From Chlorokybus atmophyticus (lineage: Eukaryota; Plantae; Mesostigma and Chlorokybus algae): 64,000 nucleotides of DNA. Every line of letters begins with the position of its first letter. The stretch's first letter is position 1. The translations under genes and the position numbers were made by a program. Where the stretch lies: the NCBI GenBank assembly GCA_009103225.1, contig RHPI01003124.1, positions 62,001 through 126,000 on the forward strand, in the 5' to 3' direction. The notes beneath the pieces are model-generated. The model saw only the letters and a list, made by a program, of their open reading frames with translations, was not told the origin of the DNA and made no database searches. Positions 58,701-64,000 of the stretch are shown here, piece by piece.

Positions 58701-61700
58701 TGAACTGCTGCACGATCGACTGGTTCTCGGAGTGGCCGCAGGAGGCACTGAGGAGCGTGGCGAGGAGGTGAGGGGGGTGGGAGGTGTGGGGTGTGTGTTT
58801 GTGTTTGTGTCACGTGCAGACAGGCACAGTATGCATGCATGCACGTGTTACATACATGTGCGCGGTGTTACGCTGGCACGTGTGCGTGTGTGTGTGAGCC
58901 TGAGAGAGTGCATGCATGCTCAACGATGCGCACGCACACGTATGCACGTACGTGCATGCCCGCGTACACACGTCCACAGGCACACTGTGAGTGGATGTGA
59001 CATGCACACATGCACACATGCGCACGCACATACGCACAAACACACAGTAGTACGCGCACTCGCACTCGCATTTGCTCTCGCACGCGCACGCACACACGAA
59101 TGTCCGCGTATCCCAACACGTGTCCATCCTCAGTTTCCTCGCGGACGTCGAGCTCGCCCCCGCCTCCTCCTCCTCCCCCGCCTCCGACTCCGTGGCCTCC
59201 GGCGTCGTCGAGGCCTGCGTCGGCATGCACCAGTCCGTCGAGCGGGCCTCCAAGGCCTTCTACGACGAGCTGCGGCGCTACAACTACGTCACGCCGACGT
59301 CGTACCTGGAGTTGCTGACCACGTTTATCAAGTTGGTGGGGGAGAAGAGGGACGAACTCACGCAAACGAGAAGAAGACTGGAAATAGGTAGGTGTCCAAT
59401 TATGCATCCATAGTACTGCACGATTACATAGTAGGCCGTACACGAGCAATGTCCTCAAGAGCTACACACAGACACCCACCCACCCGCCCACACACACGAA
59501 CACGCACAGGCACACACACACACACACGCACTACTCTGTATACACACCCATGCTGTCTACACAGGTCTCGACAAGCTGCTGTCGACAGCTGCAGCAGTTG
59601 AGGACATGCAGCGCGAGTTGACGAACCTCCAGCCGGTGCTGGCCCAGACGGGCAAGGACGTCGAGGACATGATGGTGGTGATCGAACGAGACAAGGGGGA
59701 GGCGGGCAAGACCAAGGAGGTGGTGGCGAACCAGGAGGCGGAGGCAAACAGGCAGGCGGCGGAAGCGCAGGTGAGTGGGGGTGGGTGGGTGGGTGGGTGG
59801 GTGGTTGTGCGCGGCTCCCTATGATGTCACATTGTTGATTGGGGCTATTAGGCGATAGCGGATTCGGCGCAAAGGGATTTGGATGCGGCGCTGCCGGCGT
59901 TGGATGCGGCTGTCGCGTCGCTGAAGAACCTCTCGCGTAACGACATCGTCGAGGTGTGTGTGTGTGTACGTGTGTGTGTTTGTGAACAACGTGGTACTGT
60001 TGTACCGTTCAACAGCAGCTGATCAAGTACATACTGTGTGCTTACAGGTCAAGTCCCTGCGAAACCCTCCAGAGGGAGTGAAGCTCGTGATGGAAGCCAC
60101 CTGCATCATGTTCCAGATACCACCTAAGATGGTCAACGACCCCGCAAAGGTAAGGGAGTCAGGGGCTTGGTTTCACTCGCTGACTCATTTACTAACCTCA
60201 TCACTAACCCGTGTTAATGCGCGCGCACCAAACACACACAGGTTGGCAAGAAGGTCCCCGACTACTGGGAGGCCTCCTCGAAGCTCCTGAACGACCCCAA
60301 CAAGTTCCTGGACTCCCTGATGCAATACGACAAGGACAACATCTCCGACTCGATCATCGTCAAGATCGAGCCCTACATCTCGATGGAGTCCTTCACCGTC
60401 GACCAGGTCGCTCGGGTCTCCAAGGCCTGCACCTCCATATGCATGTGGGCGAGAGCCATGTACACGTACCACGGCATCGCCAAGGCGGTGGCGCCCAAGA
60501 GAGCGCAGCTGGCGCAAGCGCAGGCGCAACTGGATGTGACCTTGGCGACGTTGGCGGAAGCGCAGGGGAGGTTGAGAGAAGTGGAGGAGAAACTGGCGGG
60601 ACTGGAAGCCAAGTTCCAGGAAGCGCTGAGGAAAAAAGCCGACCTCGCGAAACAGGTGAGAAGGGGCTTGACAACGACGGACGGTTTACCGTAGGTGGAC
60701 ACGCATGCTCACATGCATACACACGTGGGCACGCACGCATGCATACACACGTGCTCACGTCTGCACACGCATGCACGCGCGTGTGCATGCGTGTGCAGAT
60801 GCGAGCAGGTGTTTACATACAAGGGTTGAGTAGCGTAGTGCAGAGACACCCACCTAAGACATAGCCACGAGTAGTATCAACACACGCCCGTGTCTTCTCC
60901 ATGTAGGTCTCCGACTGCGAGGTCAAGTTGGAGCGCGCCGGCAAGCTGATCGGCGGTCTTGGCGGCGAGCGTCTCCGCTGGACGGATTCCGTGGCGTCCC
61001 TCTCGAACGACCTGGTCAACGTCGTCGGGGACGTCACGATCGCGGCCGCCGCCGTCGCGTACGCGGGACCGTTCACGCCGGGGTTCAGGACGAGGTTGGA
61101 GAAGGAGTGGCAGCAACTGCTGGTGGATCTCGGGGTGAGGGAGACATGGACATTGATAGACGCATACATGTGCACACGCGCATACGTGCTTATGTGCACA
61201 TGTTGGCGTTGGCGTGCCCGCGTGTGTGTGTGCATGCGTGCACGCGTTTGCGCGGAGACGTGTGCTTGAGTGTGTGTGTGCGCACGTGCGTGCTTGCGTG
61301 CGTATGTGCGACACTTTGGCATAGATGGTAAGCACCAGCATTGTGTCATACGTTGGTGGTGTCTTGCAGATACCCCACACAAAGGACACCAACCTCAGGA
61401 TGACGCTACAAAACCCCGTCAAGATACGCGCGTGGACCATCGCTGGTAGGCTGCTGTACATTTGTGTCATGTGGACTTGTTCGCTTCTGCACCCTAACTT
61501 ACTGTCATCATCTTCTCAGGCTTGCCCTCGGACGCCGTCTCGATCGAGAACGGCATCATCGTCTCCAAGGCTCGCCGCTGGCCGTTGATGATCGACCCTC
61601 AGGGCCAGGCCAACAAGTGGGTGAAGAACATGGAGCGTGGCGGTAGCTCCAGCGGCGGCGACAATGCGAACACGTCGGGGGGACTCGACGTCATCAAGCT

Positions 61701-64000
61701 GTCGGATAAGGACTTCCTGAGGACGCTGGAGAACGGAGTGAGACTGGGGAGAGCGGTGCTACTGGAGAATATATTGGAGACGCTGGATCCGGCACTGGAA
61801 CCGCTGCTGCTGAAACAAACGTTCAAGCAGGTACGGAGTGAAGGTGGTTGTTGCCTTTGTGTTGGGAAGGATACTGTGGCAACAAGTTTGTTTGCATGGA
61901 TCGTTTGCGAGTGGGTTGGCACACAACCAACACGCATGCGCACACCTACGTATGTGTGCATGCACGTGTGTGTGCGCGCTTACACACACACGTACACACA
62001 TGCGTGCCAATACTCACGCTCGTGCCAATACTGGCACACGCACGTGCGCACACATACACTCATGCATGAGCATGCATGCGCACGTACAAACCACCACCGC
62101 AAATCCCTATTGAAACCGACCTGTGTCATTGTCTCTGTCTCTCTCTGTCTGTCAGGGCGGCGGCGAGGTGATCAAGATCGGCGACAACATCATCCCCTAC
62201 CACTCCGACTTCCGTTTCTACATGACTACAAAACTCCGCAACCCCCACTACCCCCCCGAGGTCTCCGTCAAGGTCTCTCTCCTCAACTTCTTCGTGACGC
62301 CCGAGGGCCTGGAGGACCAGTTGCTGGGGCAGGTGGTGGAGCAGGAGAGACCGGACCTCGCGGAGCAGAAGAGCCAGCTGGTGGTGAGTAACGCCAAGAT
62401 GAAGAAGGAGCTGAAGGAGATTGAAGACAGGATACTGGAGCTGCTGAGCAATAGTAAGGGGGATATATTGGAAGATGAGACGCTGATCAATACGCTGGCG
62501 CAGAGTAAACTCACGTCCAACGAGATCGCGGTCAAGGTATGGGAACAGATGTAGAGCTTTGCTTGCTGTGCAATGTGTGTGTGTGTGTGCGTGTATGCGC
62601 ATGTGTGTGCGCGTGCCTGTGTGCCAGTCTCAACATTCATATGCCAGGTTGCGGAGGCAGAGAGGACTGAGGTTGCCATCGACACTACTCGCGAGTCGTA
62701 CCGTCCTGTGGCCGCCCGCGCATCACTACTCTTCTTCTGCATCGCCGACCTCACCCTCGTCGACCCGATGTACCAGTACTCCCTTACATGGTTCATCGCC
62801 CTTTTCGTTAGAGGTAGGTAAACTCTTTTCTGCTCTTTGTTGTACAGACACACGCGCGCACACATCATCATCCTCTGTGTGCGGTGTGCGCAGGTATCAA
62901 CGAGGCGGAGAAATCATCCAACCTGGAGGAATGCGTGGTGAAGATCAACGACCACATAACGTACCTACTGTACGTCAACGTTTGCCGGAGCCTGTTCGAA
63001 CAGCACAAGCTCATGTTTTCCTTCCTGCTATGCATCAAGATACTACAGGTACGAGTGTATGATTGTCTCTCACTCATAGCAATTGCGCTGTGTATGTTGA
63101 GAAACGTGCTCACGCGTGTGATGCGACACACACACAGCACAAGGGCCAGATTGACCCCTTCGAATGGCGCTTCCTGCTTGCGGGCGCGACATCGACAGAA
63201 GTGATGCTGCCCAACCCGGCACCCGAATGGCTCATAGACAAGGTACATATTGAACATATTAACCTTTATATGTGAGCAGCATACACACAGAAACACACAT
63301 CCCATGTCAGGCTTGGATAGAGATCCTCAACCTGTCGCGGTTGCCCGCCTTCGCCGGTTTCGACACGCACGTGGCCGAGAACGCGTCGCACTATCGTCGC
63401 GTGTTCGACTCCGCGGACGCGCACAGGGAGCCCCTCGCGAGCCCGTGGGAGGAGAGACTCAACCAGTTCCAGAAGATGCTCGTGCTGCGGTGCCTGCGCG
63501 TCGACAAGGTATCCAAGAATGTGTCACCGCCTTTCAGTGCACGCGCAGGCACACATGTGCACAACCACATGCGTACACATGCACAAACGTGTGCACACGT
63601 CTACGTACACAGGCACGCACGCATACAGTTGTGTCGGTGTGTGGGTTTATGTAGGTGTGCACGTGTGTGCATGCGCAAGCGCACGTGTTCCTACATACAC
63701 CCACAGCACACTCACATACACACACATGGACACGCGCACACGTACACACACGCACACACGCACATACGCGTGTGACTGCAGTAGAAGCATGCGCACCTGC
63801 GCTTGCATGCGTGCATAGGCTCATCGTTCACTGACAGAACCGACACTCCGCAAGTACGCGTCAAACATGCATCCCAACGCAACCACATGCCATAGCCCAC
63901 ACAACAACTCACACCCACCCATCTCCAGGTCCAGCTGGCCCTCTCCGACTTCGTCTCCTCCCACCTCCTCCCCCGTTTCGTCGACCCTCCTCCCTTCGAC
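43729..64000 (+). CDS. DNAH1: Axonemal inner-arm dynein heavy chain, DNAH1 / Chlamydomonas DHC2 (dynein d) type; dozens of introns; 3' end beyond window
   Basis: N-terminal PKVMVPYD...[14 protein letters not shown] and [22 protein letters not shown] (DNAH1-clade motifs); linker [23 protein letters not shown]; AAA1 GPAGTGKT and [10 protein letters not shown]; AAA2 GPTGGGKT; AAA3 GETGTGKT; AAA4 GVGGSGRQS; stalk/MTBD; [12 protein letters not shown]. Exons 1-3 are phase-consistent from ATG 43729. Confidence 0.95.
54310..54490. other. Assembly gap (181 N) flanked by poly-G, intronic
   Basis: N run between G homopolymers. The flanking exons join in frame (AKTMNK|[24 protein letters not shown]), so no exon appears to be missing. 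Confidence 0.95.

Noticed and set aside
1-64000. Alternative nuclear code (TAA/TAG=Gln); CRISPR arrays, rRNA or tRNA genes
   Set aside because: HisRS terminates at TAG at the homologous position and conserved exons contain no in-frame TAR. No repeat-spacer arrays, rRNA signatures or cloverleafs were seen.

Overview
This is eukaryotic nuclear DNA from a flagellated green-lineage organism (Viridiplantae alga). That assignment is inferred from the plant-type organellar HisRS, the ATXR3/SDG2-like gene, a ZML-type GATA finger and an axonemal dynein; the species cannot be determined. The standard genetic code fits, since HisRS ends on TAG where homologues end. Intron-rich genes, in order: an orphan gene (-), RCC2-like (+), an ATXR3/SDG2-like H3K4 methyltransferase with unusual extra domains (+), a plastid-type phosphoglucomutase/phosphomannomutase-like gene (-), an intronless bacterial-looking VOC/glyoxalase gene (+), organellar histidyl-tRNA synthetase (-), a Ser/Pro-rich orphan (+), a histidine-phosphatase/PGAM-like gene with a long tail (-), and an inner-arm dynein heavy chain (DNAH1/DHC2-type, +) that runs off the window end. 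Intergenic blocks at about 7-10.6 kb, 19-22 kb and 37-43.5 kb hold microsatellites and decayed mobile elements, including a Penelope-like RT, a LINE endonuclease, hairpins and a GTAC-array element. Best leads: (1) a GATA zinc finger spliced into the middle of the conserved ATXR3 C-terminal domain; (2) a C-to-G polarity in synonymous codons and introns of the dynein gene, locked to exon/intron phase; (3) a likely horizontally acquired VOC gene; (4) a bipartite GTAC-array element; (5) a hairpin-dense segment of about 480 nt upstream of the SET gene. All homology calls come from recalled motifs, and no searches were run. Exon boundaries were assigned by eye from GT/AG signals and phase consistency.
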